Source: Patescibacteria group bacterium
Lineage (GTDB): Bacteria; Patescibacteriota; Microgenomatia; UBA12405
DNA length: 64,000 nucleotides
Assembly (NCBI GenBank): GCA_013387215.1
Contig: WARW01000022.1
Span: forward strand, 92,612-156,611
Direction: 5' to 3'
Positions 45,429 to 55,741 of this stretch are shown here, piece by piece; the first letter of the stretch is position 1, and each line of letters starts with the position of its first letter. The notes under the pieces were generated by a model. The model ran no database searches. It was not told the DNA's origin and was given only the letters and a program-made list of their open reading frames with translations. The translations under genes were made by a program, and so were the position numbers.

Positions 45429-47147
45429 ATGAATAATATTGCTGAACAATTAAAAAAAATTATTTTATCTGCAAGCCAAGACTTAAATTTGAATGTTGAT
45501 GAAAATCAAATTAGTTTAGAACACCCTACAGATTTTAAATTTGGAGATTACTCGACTAATGTGGCAATGGTTTTAGCAAAACAAGAGAAAAAGAATCCAA
45601 TTGAATTGGGAAAAAGTATCAAAAACAAACTTGAAGAAAAAATGCCAGATTTTATTGAGAAAATTGAAATAGCCGGAGCGGGATTTATAAATTTTTATTT
45701 AAGAACTGATCTTTTAGTAAAACTTGCAGAAAAATTTAATTACGAAGTCGAAATTAAAAATGAATTAAGTGAAAATGGTCATGGCAAAACCATGGTGATC
45801 GATTATTCTGCACCAAACATTGCTAAACCTTTTGGCATCGGCCACTTGCGATCAACCAATATTGGACAAGCTATCTATAATATTTACAAAACTTTAGGCT
45901 GGAATACAATTGGAGACAACCATATCGGAGATTGGGGTACACAATTCGGAAAACTAATCGTAGCCATCAAAAAATGGGGAGATACTAATTTAGATGAAAT
46001 GACTATTGAAGACTTGGAAAGACTTTATGTTAAGTTTCACAAAGAATCGGAAACTGATGAAAAATTAATAGATGAAGGACGAGAATGGTTTTCCAAATTG
46101 GAAAATGGTGATGAAGAAGCCCGAAAAATATGGCAAAAGTGTATTGATATTTCATTCAGAGAATTTGACAAAGTATATAAAATGCTGGGAGTAAAAATTG
46201 ATTATGTGCACGGCGAAGCTTTTTACCAAGACATGTTGACATCAGTTACCAAAGAAATTATTGAGTCAGGAATAACCACCGACAGCGAAGGGGCAAAAAT
46301 TATTGAATTTGAAAACATGCCACCAGCAATGCTGCAAAAGTCAAATGGAACTACGACATATTTCACCAGAGATATGGCAACAATTAAATACAGAATAAAA
46401 GAATGGAATCCAGATTTGATGATTTACGAAGTTGGGGTTGATCAAGATCTTCATTTTAGACAAGTATTTAAAACTGCTGAAATGCTGGGTTGGATGCCAA
46501 AAAATGGTTTTGTGCATGTGGCTCACGGATTAATTCGATGGAAAAATGGAAAATTTTCAACTCGAAAAGGCGATACAATTCATCTTGCAGACGTAATTGA
46601 TAAAGCGGTTGAAAAAGCTTCTGAGATTGCAAATAAAAGTTTGATTGGAAAAGATTTACCAAAAGAACAAAAAGATGAAATGATTAAATCGGTTGCTATT
46701 GGTGCAATTAAATTTAACGATCTATCATCTGACCCAAGAAAAGATGTCATTTTTGATTGGGACCAAGTGATGAGTTTAGAGGGAGATTCGGGTCCCTATC
46801 TTCAATATACTTATGCCCGATGCATGAGTGTTTTAAGAAAGACTCAAGTTAAAGAACAAAAAAATATCAACACAATTCCTGAAACTTTAAATAATGAGGA
46901 ATTAGCTTTGCTAAAAGAATTTTATAAATTCGAAGAAAAAGTTATTGAAGCATCAAAAAGATTTTCTCCAGCAGTAATCGCTGAATATCTTTTAAGCATT
47001 GCTCGAAAATATAATGAATTTTACGGAAAGCATAGAATTATTGATCAAAAAGAAGAAGATTTCAGAATCTTTTTGACCAGAACTACTGCCAGTATTTTAG
47101 AGATGGGACTTCAGATTTTGGGAATCAATACAATAGAAAGGATGTAA
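45429..47147 (+). CDS. argS: arginyl-tRNA synthetase
   Basis: Class I core (PNIAKPFGIGHLRST), Q-loop and C-terminal DALR anticodon-binding domain. Confidence 0.85.
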   Translation: MNNIAEQLKKIILSASQDLNLNVDENQISLEHPTDFKFGDYSTNVAMVLAKQEKKNPIELGKSIKNKLEEKMPDFIEKIEIAGAGFINFYLRTDLLVKLAEKFNYEVEIKNELSENGHGKTMVIDYSAPNIAKPFGIGHLRSTNIGQAIYNIYKTLGWNTIGDNHIGDWGTQFGKLIVAIKKWGDTNLDEMTIEDLERLYVKFHKESETDEKLIDEGREWFSKLENGDEEARKIWQKCIDISFREFDKVYKMLGVKIDYVHGEAFYQDMLTSVTKEIIESGITTDSEGAKIIEFENMPPAMLQKSNGTTTYFTRDMATIKYRIKEWNPDLMIYEVGVDQDLHFRQVFKTAEMLGWMPKNGFVHVAHGLIRWKNGKFSTRKGDTIHLADVIDKAVEKASEIANKSLIGKDLPKEQKDEMIKSVAIGAIKFNDLSSDPRKDVIFDWDQVMSLEGDSGPYLQYTYARCMSVLRKTQVKEQKNINTIPETLNNEELALLKEFYKFEEKVIEASKRFSPAVIAEYLLSIARKYNEFYGKHRIIDQKEEDFRIFLTRTTASILEMGLQILGINTIERM

Positions 47148-47259
47148 ACAATATAACAATCTATTGTTGTTTTGATATATATAAAGCAGTATAATTCCGT
47201 CAAAACTATAAAATAGTTTTTACGTTCATTAAAATCCATATAAGAAGGGAGAGATTTTT

Positions 47260-47796
47260 GTGGATACGAAGATCCAGGTGATAACAATTGGCACGACTAA
47301 ATACGAGGTGCGGATAAGCAAATCAACAGAAAGTTCTGCTGCAGACACAATTACGACTGAATTGATCAATCGGCTTAAAAATTCTTTTAATGCAATGATT
47401 GATGAATACATCACGTTGAAGAGGGCTTTTAAAGCATCAAGAATTAGAAAAACTCAAAAATTATTTAACAAAATTATCACTTTATTTGAATCAAAAGATC
47501 GCGACTATACTAAAGACGAATTATTTTGGGATCTTTTTTATTTGAGGGATAAATTGGGCTTGTATTATTTTGAAGGCAGAAAATGTGAAGATTTTAGAAA
47601 AATATTGAGAGCGTTACTTGATATTGTGGTTACCAACGACCCATCTTCGACTGGTTTGATTGATATCCAAAATATCAGCGAGGCATTAATTGCTTTAGGT
47701 TCTTCACCAACTGATTTAGCATTACAAGAAGCGATGTTTGAACTGGTTGGATGGAAGAATCTAAATGTCAAAAAAATAGTTATTGAGCTGCCTTAA
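47260..47796 (+). CDS. hypothetical protein (178 aa), GTG start with AAGAAGGGAGAG RBS
   Basis: ORF plus RBS only. Confidence 0.45.
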   Translation: MDTKIQVITIGTTKYEVRISKSTESSAADTITTELINRLKNSFNAMIDEYITLKRAFKASRIRKTQKLFNKIITLFESKDRDYTKDELFWDLFYLRDKLGLYYFEGRKCEDFRKILRALLDIVVTNDPSSTGLIDIQNISEALIALGSSPTDLALQEAMFELVGWKNLNVKKIVIELP

Positions 47797-47805
47797 CTAG
47801 CTGGG

Positions 47806-47845
47806 GTGTTTTTTTGTTTTTTAAAAAACACCCCCTACACCTTTT
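47806..47845. terminator. bidirectional terminator GGGGTGTTTTTT-g-TTTTTTAAAAAACACCCC between convergent genes
   Basis: Perfect GC-clamped inverted repeat with T/A runs on both sides. Sits between the 47260-47796 stop and the lon stop. Confidence 0.6.
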
Positions 47846-47859
47846 TATATGGATTTTGT

Positions 47860-50268
47860 TTATATCGCAAAAATTTTCTTATAGATTTCGTTGTAATGTT
47901 CAACTGGGATAAATTTAATATCCTTTTTAACTTCCTTTGGAACATCAACTAGAGATTTAATATTATCTTTTGGTATAAAGATTGTTTTTAAACCTGCACG
48001 GTGAGCAGCAATGGTTTTTTCTTTAAGACCACCAATTTCCAAAATGTTTCCACGAATAGTTATTTCACCAGTCATTCCAATATCGCGAGGCATGGCAATT
48101 TCTTTAAGTGCAGAAATTAAAGCAGTAGTAATTGCACCTCCTGCTGATGGACCGTCTTTTGGAGTGGCACCTTCTGGGACGTGAATATGAATATCGATTT
48201 TATGAAAATCTTTATTTATGCCAAACGATTTAGCTTGAGAACGGATATATGAAACTGCTGCTTGGCAGGATTCTTTCATAACAGAACCAAGCTTTCCGGT
48301 TAATATTAATTGCCCCCTACCTGGCATTATATTGACTTCTATAAAGAGAATATCTCCACCAACTGAAGTCCATGCTAAACCAGTGGACACGCCGATTTCA
48401 TCTTTCTTACCTTTTAATGGTGAGGTAAATTTCTCTGGACCGAGGAACTTTTTAATAGTGACAGGATTGTTTAAGTCCACACTATCAACGTGGTTAACAA
48501 CGATTCTTTTGGCTACTTTTCTAAAGAGGCTGGCAATTACTCTTTCAAGACTACGAACACCAGCTTCTAAAGTGTAACTTTCAATAATATATTTTAAGGT
48601 TTCATCTTTGATTTCAGCAATATTGTTCATGCTTAAACCATTGGCAGCTAATTCCTTTTTAATCAGGTATTTTTTAGCAATATGGAATTTTTCATCAAGG
48701 GTGTAACCAGAAAAATTGATTATTTCCAAACGGTCTCGAAGAGGACCTGGAATTGTACTTATGTCGTTTCCAGTTAAGATAAAAAAAACTTTAGTTAAAT
48801 CCATTGGAAAATCGAGATAGTGATCAGTAAAATCCTTGTTTTGTTCAGGGTCTAGAGTTTCCAAAAGAGCAGCAGACGGATCTCCACGATAATCGGCACC
48901 AATTTTGTCGATTTCATCCAACATAAAAACTGGATTTAAAGATTTGGCATCTTTAAGGCCTTTGATAATTCGTCCTGGCATAGCACCAACATATGTGCGT
49001 CGATGACCTCGAATTTCTGCCTCATCTCGAATTCCTCCTAATGAAGCTCGAATAAACTCCCTTCCTAAGGCTTTAGCAATTGATTTACCAAGTGAGGTTT
49101 TGCCGACGCCTGGAGGACCAATGAAACATAAAATATTTGAAATAGGACCAATATCACCTTTGGTTTTACTGTTTTGGCCTTTTAAATTGAGAACAGCTAA
49201 ATATTCCAAGATTCTTTCTTTGACATCCTTAATACCATAATGTTCTTCATCAAGAATTTTAGCAGCCTTTGCCAAGCTAATATTTGATTTGCTATATTTA
49301 CCCCAAGGAAGATCAACAACAGTTTCAAGATAAGTCCGAATATAGCTTGATTCTGGAGCCATAGCACCCATTTCTTCAAGACGTTCAAGCTCTTTTTGCA
49401 TTTTCTTTTTTATTTCCTTTGGCATGGCAGATTTTTTTATTTTTGTGCCTAGGTCACCAAATTCACCATTACTACTAGATTGTCCAAGACGTTTTAACTC
49501 TTTTTCGATCTGTCTTTTTCTTTCCTCTAAAACATTTCTTTTAATACCGGTATTAAATTTTTCTTGAGTTTTTTCTTCAATAGATCTTTCGAGCTCGGCT
49601 ACTTTCATTTCTTGAACTAAATATTCAGTAGCTTCTTTAAGCCTTTGACTGACTAATAGAGTTTCTAATAATTCCTGTTTTTCGGGAATTTTAGCTTCAA
49701 CAGAGAAACAAACTTGATCAGCAAGATCGCTGCTGGAAACACCACTACTAAGTTGCATCATGGCTGGAAGATCAAACTGACGTCCCATAGCGAAAGCTTT
49801 TTTAAGTTGGCTCAATAAAGCTTCAGCGGATTGCTGGATTTCAGTAACAGATTCATTAACAACAGGAAGATCAACATATTCAACCATAATATAGGGATCG
49901 GTCTGAATCATATTGGTAATATTTACGCGAGAGACACCTTTAACAATAGCATGTAAACTGCCATCGGTTTGGAGAATATGTTCGATTTTAGCCAGCACAC
50001 CAACAGTATAAAGATCACCCATTTGAGGCTTTTCGGTCTTAGAGTTTTGCTGGGTAGTGACAATAACCATTTTATTAGTATTGTCGTAAGCATGGAGTAA
50101 AGAATTCATAGATTCTTTGCGTCCAAAGAATAGAGATGTTTCCACTGATGGGAACAAAACGATATTTCTTAAAGGAATTAAAGGTAAGATTTTTCTTACC
50201 GGTTGGACAGACAAATTGGAATCCTGATTTTGGTCGACAACGGGATATTTATTTTTTTTATCTGGCAT
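47860..50268 (-). CDS. lon: ATP-dependent Lon protease
   Basis: LON N-domain, AAA+ Walker A (GPPGVGKTS), proteolytic Ser-Lys dyad region (PKDGPSAG). Confidence 0.95.
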   Translation of the reverse strand: MPDKKNKYPVVDQNQDSNLSVQPVRKILPLIPLRNIVLFPSVETSLFFGRKESMNSLLHAYDNTNKMVIVTTQQNSKTEKPQMGDLYTVGVLAKIEHILQTDGSLHAIVKGVSRVNITNMIQTDPYIMVEYVDLPVVNESVTEIQQSAEALLSQLKKAFAMGRQFDLPAMMQLSSGVSSSDLADQVCFSVEAKIPEKQELLETLLVSQRLKEATEYLVQEMKVAELERSIEEKTQEKFNTGIKRNVLEERKRQIEKELKRLGQSSSNGEFGDLGTKIKKSAMPKEIKKKMQKELERLEEMGAMAPESSYIRTYLETVVDLPWGKYSKSNISLAKAAKILDEEHYGIKDVKERILEYLAVLNLKGQNSKTKGDIGPISNILCFIGPPGVGKTSLGKSIAKALGREFIRASLGGIRDEAEIRGHRRTYVGAMPGRIIKGLKDAKSLNPVFMLDEIDKIGADYRGDPSAALLETLDPEQNKDFTDHYLDFPMDLTKVFFILTGNDISTIPGPLRDRLEIINFSGYTLDEKFHIAKKYLIKKELAANGLSMNNIAEIKDETLKYIIESYTLEAGVRSLERVIASLFRKVAKRIVVNHVDSVDLNNPVTIKKFLGPEKFTSPLKGKKDEIGVSTGLAWTSVGGDILFIEVNIMPGRGQLILTGKLGSVMKESCQAAVSYIRSQAKSFGINKDFHKIDIHIHVPEGATPKDGPSAGGAITTALISALKEIAMPRDIGMTGEITIRGNILEIGGLKEKTIAAHRAGLKTIFIPKDNIKSLVDVPKEVKKDIKFIPVEHYNEIYKKIFAI

Positions 50269-50272
50269 ATAT

Positions 50273-50306
50273 TTAGCAGTCTAGCATGTTGTTTGCTAAG
50301 TGTCAA
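50273..50306 (-). promoter_or_regulatory. lon promoter (TTGACA-17-TAGACT) with an overlapping CIRCE-like inverted repeat (lon-strand TTAGCAAAC-N9-GACTGCTAA) ending 4 nt before the lon ATG
   Basis: Inverted repeat TTAGCA…TGCTAA with the CIRCE 9-N9-9 geometry. 6/9 and 8/9 matches to TTAGCACTC/GAGTGCTAA. Confidence 0.35.
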
Positions 50307-50628
50307 TTGAAACTTATAATTTTTATTTTCGTGACGATTTTTTTATTTTACAGTCTCAAAATCTCTTTACAATGGCTTAAAATATATTATTTGTAATTAT
50401 AACATTTTTGAGAGCCGAAGAGACGATATGTGAATCAAATTTTAACCAGCATTCGGTTAAAATTATTTTTTTGTTAAATTGTCGATAAACATAATTATCA
50501 TAATATTCTGGGATTTTGCTGAAGTGAATTTAGTTTAAAAGTTGTTTAGGTATATAAGTATATAAATGTAAAACAAACTATATAATAACTTTTGGTATTT
50601 TTCCAATAAAATTGATAGAATAACGTCA

Positions 50629-51540
50629 ATGGTAAAAAGCGAAACTATAAAGAAAAAATTTGGCAGAGTAGTAATTTTAGGTAGACCAAACACAGGTAAA
50701 TCTACATTATTAAATGCAATCATGAGTCAAAAGGTGGCTATCACTTCACCATTACCTCAAACCACCAGAAAAAATTCGCGTGTCGTTTTTTCGGATGAAA
50801 GAGGGAAAATAATATTTTCTGATACCCCAGGCATTATTAATAAAATTAATGATTTAGTTGGAAAAAGAGTTAATACTGAAGCTCCAAAAGAATTAGGGAG
50901 AGGCAATGTTATTGTTTGTGTTGTCGATATTTCGAGACCTAAGAGTGATGAAGAAAATAAAGTAATCGGTTTAGTAAGAAAATCTGATTCAAGAAAAATT
51001 TTGGTTTACAACAAAACAGATGCGGCAATTGGCTCAAAGGACCATATGGCTGAATATAATTATTTGGAAGATGAGTTTGATAAAGTCATTTCTGTTAGCG
51101 CTATTAAAGAAAAGAATGTTAAAGGCTTAATTAATTATATTTTTGAATTATTACCTGAGGTAGACGAAGAAAATATTGAAAAGGATATTGAAATAACAGA
51201 AGCCAAGAATAGACCAGTTATCAGCATGAATTCGAGAGAATATATTGCAGAATTAATTCGAGAAAAAGCATATTTATTTTTAAGAAAAGAAGTTCCCTAC
51301 TCTATTAATGTAGAAGTAACAAAAGTTCAAGATAAACAAAAACTAATTTTGATTCAAGCAACCATCTATACGACCGCTGACAGATATAAAAAAATGGTTA
51401 TCGGCAAAGGCGGTAAAAAAATAAAAGAGATTGGATATAATGCCAGAAAAGAGCTTGAACTGATGTCGAGACGAAAGATTTTTTTGGAACTTACTGTTCA
51501 AATTGACCCCCACTGGCCAGAAAGAGTAATAAGCAACTAA
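50629..51540 (+). CDS. era: GTPase Era
   Basis: G1 GRPNTGKST, G2 QTTR, G3 DTPG, G4 NKTD. C-terminal KH domain. Confidence 0.9.
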   Translation: MVKSETIKKKFGRVVILGRPNTGKSTLLNAIMSQKVAITSPLPQTTRKNSRVVFSDERGKIIFSDTPGIINKINDLVGKRVNTEAPKELGRGNVIVCVVDISRPKSDEENKVIGLVRKSDSRKILVYNKTDAAIGSKDHMAEYNYLEDEFDKVISVSAIKEKNVKGLINYIFELLPEVDEENIEKDIEITEAKNRPVISMNSREYIAELIREKAYLFLRKEVPYSINVEVTKVQDKQKLILIQATIYTTADRYKKMVIGKGGKKIKEIGYNARKELELMSRRKIFLELTVQIDPHWPERVISN

Positions 51541-51596
51541 TCGAGCTATAATAAATCTACTTGCATTTAGAATTAAATTCAGCTAGAAATATTACT

Positions 51597-52289
51597 ATGC
51601 TTAAAGTAGAAAATATCAATAAGAGTTTTAAGGAAAAAGAAGTACTTAAGGACATTAGTTTCGAGATAAAAAAGAATAGCATTGTTGGTCTTTTGGGGCC
51701 AAACGGAGCCGGAAAAACCACTTTGATGAGAATAATTGTTGGATTTTATAGCGCAAGTAATGGAAAAATACTTTGGGATGGCAAAAAGGTTGACACTAGA
51801 TCTGAAAAACATAAATCAAGGATTGGATATTTACCAGAAAACAATCCACTGTATATGAATTTAACAGGCGGTGAATATTTGGAATATATATCTGAATTAA
51901 AACAAATTTCAAAAGAAGAAATTAAAGAGGAAATTTTTAAAGTTGCCCAACAATGCGGAATTCAAAACGTGTTATCACAACAAATTGAAACTCTTTCAAA
52001 GGGTTACAAACAAAGAGTTGGTTTAGCAGCAGCACTTTTAGGTGATCCAAAAATTTTGATATTAGATGAGCCAACTTCTGGTTTAGATCCAAATCAAATT
52101 ATAGAAATTCGTGACTTAATTAAGGGATTGTCAAAAAACAAAATGATTTTGATTTCTACTCATATTTTGCCTGAGGCTAGGGAAATTTGTGAGAGATTAA
52201 TCATAATTAATCGAGGTGAAATTGCTTTAAATGAGGAAACTAAGAAAATTAAAAATTTAGAGAAAAAATTTGTTGAATTAACCGCATGA
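51597..52289 (+). CDS. ABC transporter ATP-binding protein
   Basis: Walker A GPNGAGKTT, signature LSKGYKQRV, Walker B ILILDEPTSGLD. First ATG at 51597 (the track start at 51561 is a TTG). Confidence 0.85.
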   Translation: MLKVENINKSFKEKEVLKDISFEIKKNSIVGLLGPNGAGKTTLMRIIVGFYSASNGKILWDGKKVDTRSEKHKSRIGYLPENNPLYMNLTGGEYLEYISELKQISKEEIKEEIFKVAQQCGIQNVLSQQIETLSKGYKQRVGLAAALLGDPKILILDEPTSGLDPNQIIEIRDLIKGLSKNKMILISTHILPEAREICERLIIINRGEIALNEETKKIKNLEKKFVELTA

Positions 52290-52999
52290 AAAATATAATT
52301 ACAATCGCCAAAAAAGAATGGAGAAATTATTTTAGTAGTCCAGTGGGATATGTTTTTGCCGGATTATTACTAGTGGTAGTTAATTGGTTATTTTTCAGTA
52401 ATTTTTTTATCGGCGGACAAGCTGATTTGAATCCTTATTGGTCAAATTTTTCATTGATTTTATCTTTGTTTGTTCCTGCTATTTCCATGAACTTGATTGC
52501 AGAAGAGAAGAAAAACAGCACCTGGGAAGTTTTATTATCATTACCTATTAACGAAAAAGAATTGGTGCTTGGTAAGTTTTTAGGCTGCGCATTATATTTA
52601 TTGTTTACAATATTATTATCATTGCCAGTAATAATCACTGTATATGTTTTAGGGAAACCTGATGTGGGTTTAATAATAGGCGGTTTTGTGGGAATACTCC
52701 TTTTGAGTCTTTCATATTTATCGGTAGGTATTTTCGTGTCAAGTTTGAGCAATCAGGCAATTGTAGGATTTTTGGGTTCTTCGGTGATTCTTTTGGTTAA
52801 TAGCTTAATGGGACAAGAAATTTTACTTTCAAGAGTCCCCTCTTTTGCAAAAGATTTTATCGGCGGATTGAGCGTAAATTTTAGGTCGGCTAATTTTTCG
52901 TCTGGAGCAATTAGTATTGGAGATTTAGTTTTCTTTATTTCCTGGATAATTATTTTCATTACATTAACAATCATTTCATTAAAATCACGCAATAAATAA
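52286..52999 (+). CDS. ABC-2 type permease
   Basis: Six hydrophobic helices. ATGA overlap with the ATPase gene. Confidence 0.7.
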   Translation: MKNIITIAKKEWRNYFSSPVGYVFAGLLLVVVNWLFFSNFFIGGQADLNPYWSNFSLILSLFVPAISMNLIAEEKKNSTWEVLLSLPINEKELVLGKFLGCALYLLFTILLSLPVIITVYVLGKPDVGLIIGGFVGILLLSLSYLSVGIFVSSLSNQAIVGFLGSSVILLVNSLMGQEILLSRVPSFAKDFIGGLSVNFRSANFSSGAISIGDLVFFISWIIIFITLTIISLKSRNK

Positions 53000-53003
53000 A
53001 CTT

Positions 53004-54473
53004 ATGAATAAGAAAAAAATATTATCTTTAATGAGTGCAACCAATATTATTATTGTAGTGGTTTTGATTAATATATTTTTGTCGTTTTATCCTTTTTTAA
53101 AAATTGATTTAAGCAAGGAAAAAATTCATTCACTTTCCCCTACTACAAAGAATATTGTTAAGGGCCTGGATGATATTGTGACAATTAAAGTATTTGCCAG
53201 TGAAGATTTGCCAACAAATCTAAAACCAATGGCTTCAAATTTAAAAACAATTTTAGAAGAATTTAGCAGATTAAATCGAAATAGATTTAAAGTTCAATAT
53301 TTTGATCCTGCAAAAAATCTGTCTGCAAAAGATGAAGCAGATAAACTGGGGATACAAAAGCTGCAGTTCTCCAGTTTAAAGTCCGATAAATATGAAGTAA
53401 GCACAGGCTATTTCGGTTTAGCAATATTTTATGGCAGCAAGAAAGTTATATTACCTGTGGCTGGCGATGTGGATAACATGGAGTATTTCATTGATTCTGG
53501 TGTAAAAAGAATTTTACGTAAAGAAACGCCAGAAATAGCGTTATATGAGGACAACAAAGACTCACAAACACAGCTTCAATATTTAAGAAAATTTTTAAGC
53601 GCGGATTATACTGTCGACGAAGTTCAGCAAATTAACGGCGAGCAAAAACTTCCTGAAAAAGCTGATTTATTGGTAATAGTCGGCCAAAAAAATAAATTAG
53701 ACAATGCCGGTTTAACAAAATTAAAAGATTGGGTAAATAATAAAAAAGGCTTGATTGCTTTTATTGACAAAGTTTCTTTGAATCAAAGTTTACAAGGAAC
53801 GGTTAATGCAGATAGCGGATTAGAAAGTATTTTTAAAGAAAAAGGTATGGATGTTCAAACCAATTTAGTGGTTGATGAAAGTTCTACTTATGCAAACTTT
53901 CAATCCCAAAACGGTCAATTTGCAGTTCAATATCCATTGTGGGTTCAAATTAGACCTGAAAATATAAACAAAAATGTGCCAGCAGTATCGGGAGTGAATG
54001 AATTAATTATGCCTTGGACTTCAAGTATTAATATCAGTAATGGCGCTAAAGAGTTATTTTCAAGCAGCCAAAATTCTCTAACTATTAATGATTTTTCCAG
54101 CCTATTGCCAACAATGCAATTTCCGAAACAGTATACGGGTAAGAAGACCATTGGCGCCATAAATACTGATGGTGTCAAGATGGCATTGATTGGAAACAGC
54201 AATTTTATTAAAGACCAATATGTGACAGGCAGCAGTCAAAATTTATATCTGGCATTAAATATGGTTGATTATTTTTCTCAAGATGCTTCACTTTTATCTA
54301 TTAGAAGTAAAAGTTTAGACAGCAACCCTTTGAAGAATATAAGTGATAATTCCAAGTCTATTATTCGATGGACAATGGTATTTTTGCCAGTTATTCTTTT
54401 AATATTAACAGCAGTTGCGGCAAATATTATCAGAAAAAAGAATAATCGTATTTGGAGTCTTTATGAAAATTAA
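53004..54473 (+). CDS. GldG-like ABC-transporter auxiliary (ABC_transp_aux) protein, N- and C-terminal TM anchors
   Basis: Architecture and position after the ABC-2 permease. Large extracytoplasmic domain between two TM segments. Confidence 0.6.
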   Translation: MNKKKILSLMSATNIIIVVVLINIFLSFYPFLKIDLSKEKIHSLSPTTKNIVKGLDDIVTIKVFASEDLPTNLKPMASNLKTILEEFSRLNRNRFKVQYFDPAKNLSAKDEADKLGIQKLQFSSLKSDKYEVSTGYFGLAIFYGSKKVILPVAGDVDNMEYFIDSGVKRILRKETPEIALYEDNKDSQTQLQYLRKFLSADYTVDEVQQINGEQKLPEKADLLVIVGQKNKLDNAGLTKLKDWVNNKKGLIAFIDKVSLNQSLQGTVNADSGLESIFKEKGMDVQTNLVVDESSTYANFQSQNGQFAVQYPLWVQIRPENINKNVPAVSGVNELIMPWTSSINISNGAKELFSSSQNSLTINDFSSLLPTMQFPKQYTGKKTIGAINTDGVKMALIGNSNFIKDQYVTGSSQNLYLALNMVDYFSQDASLLSIRSKSLDSNPLKNISDNSKSIIRWTMVFLPVILLILTAVAANIIRKKNNRIWSLYEN

Positions 54474-55284
54474 AAATCCTTTATACCTTACCTCAACTTT
54501 ATTGTTGATAGGTGCGGCGATAGTTTTTATAAAACTTAATCCTTCCTTTTTAACAAAAAAATCAGTGCCATATTTTTCAAAAGATATTGGTAAATTTTGT
54601 ATAAATGATTTTTGTTTAAACCAAGAAAATGGCAAGTGGTTCGTTCTCCAAAACAATAAAGAAATTCCCGCAGATGAAGAGATGGTTAAGGCTTACACTG
54701 ATAAGTTTAAAAACATTACTTTAAAGGAATTGATTTCGCAAAACCCAGACAAGTTTTCAACCTTAGGAATCGGTGAATCTAAGGTCGTTTTGGATATTAA
54801 CAATAAAAAACTAGAAATAGGTAATATTACAAATGATACTGATGGAACTTATGTGCGTGAAGATAATGGAAAAGAAGTATATAAAATTAATATAATTTTA
54901 GATAAAAATAATTTACCTAAATCAGATTATTGGCAATTAAGAAATTTAACTAAATTTCCCAAGTCTCAAGTCTTAAAAATTACAGTAAATTTTTCAGGTA
55001 AAACTTTAGAATGGAATCCAGATGGTAAGGGTAATTGGAAAAATGATACTCAAGTAGAAAAATTATTGAATTTGGAAAGGGTAAAATATATTAATGATTT
55101 TAAATATAATACCGATAATTCCTATGAATTCATCATAAATACCGATAGTGGAATTGATAATATAAGCATTGGCAGTTTTGCGATAGACAAAAAGACTAAT
55201 ATATATTGGGCAACGTTAGACAAGCTTAATTATTTTGAAATTAATAAATCTGACTTTGATTTATTGACAGAAAATCTTAAGTAA
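54463..55284 (+). CDS. DUF4340-like protein that follows GldG-type genes
   Basis: Positional conservation. N-terminal TM. ATG at 54463 overlaps the upstream gene end. Confidence 0.45.
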   Translation: MKIKNPLYLTSTLLLIGAAIVFIKLNPSFLTKKSVPYFSKDIGKFCINDFCLNQENGKWFVLQNNKEIPADEEMVKAYTDKFKNITLKELISQNPDKFSTLGIGESKVVLDINNKKLEIGNITNDTDGTYVREDNGKEVYKINIILDKNNLPKSDYWQLRNLTKFPKSQVLKITVNFSGKTLEWNPDGKGNWKNDTQVEKLLNLERVKYINDFKYNTDNSYEFIINTDSGIDNISIGSFAIDKKTNIYWATLDKLNYFEINKSDFDLLTENLK

Positions 55285-55324
55285 TTTAGACTGAATTAAT
55301 TATAAAATTTTTTGAGGTATTATT

Positions 55325-55741
55325 ATGTCAAAATCAACAGGAAAATTTTTTTTAGCTGGTCTTATCGGCGTTGCAGCAGGCTTATTATTGGCTCCAAAAT
55401 CAGGTAAAGAAACCAGAGAAGATATAAAAGAATTAGCTTTAAAACTTACTAAACAAGTTAAGTCGGGAGCCGAAGAAACCGAAGATAAAGTTAAGGAAAT
55501 TTTCGGAACTGCTAATAAAGTTGCGGTTGATAAATATAAAGAAATCAGAACCGCTGTTGTGGATAAGGTTGCCGCAGTAAAAACCGCAGGACAAGAGATT
55601 GATAAAGAAAAATATGGTTTGATTGTTGAAGATGTGGTCAGTGAATTTAAAGATGATTTCGCTTCTACAAAAAGCGGTGCTTTAAAAATGGTGACTCAAT
55701 TAAAGAAAGATTGGGAAAAAATTAAAAAAGCTTTAGTCTAA
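55325..55741 (+). CDS. YtxH-domain protein
   Basis: GKFFLAGLIGVAAGLLLAPKSGKETREDIKE matches the YtxH N-terminal motif. Confidence 0.6.
   Translation: MSKSTGKFFLAGLIGVAAGLLLAPKSGKETREDIKELALKLTKQVKSGAEETEDKVKEIFGTANKVAVDKYKEIRTAVVDKVAAVKTAGQEIDKEKYGLIVEDVVSEFKDDFASTKSGALKMVTQLKKDWEKIKKALV

Noticed and set aside
51561-51596. N-terminal extension of the ABC ATPase from a TTG at 51561 (MHLELNSARNIT…)
   Set aside because: The canonical ABC N-terminus (MLKVENINKSF) begins at the ATG at 51597. The extension is not family-like.
54415-54462. Extended start of the DUF4340-like gene (MRQILSEKRIIVFGVF…)
   Set aside because: The extension lies inside the preceding gene's C-terminal TM-coding region. 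The ATG at 54463 gives a normal signal-anchor N-terminus.
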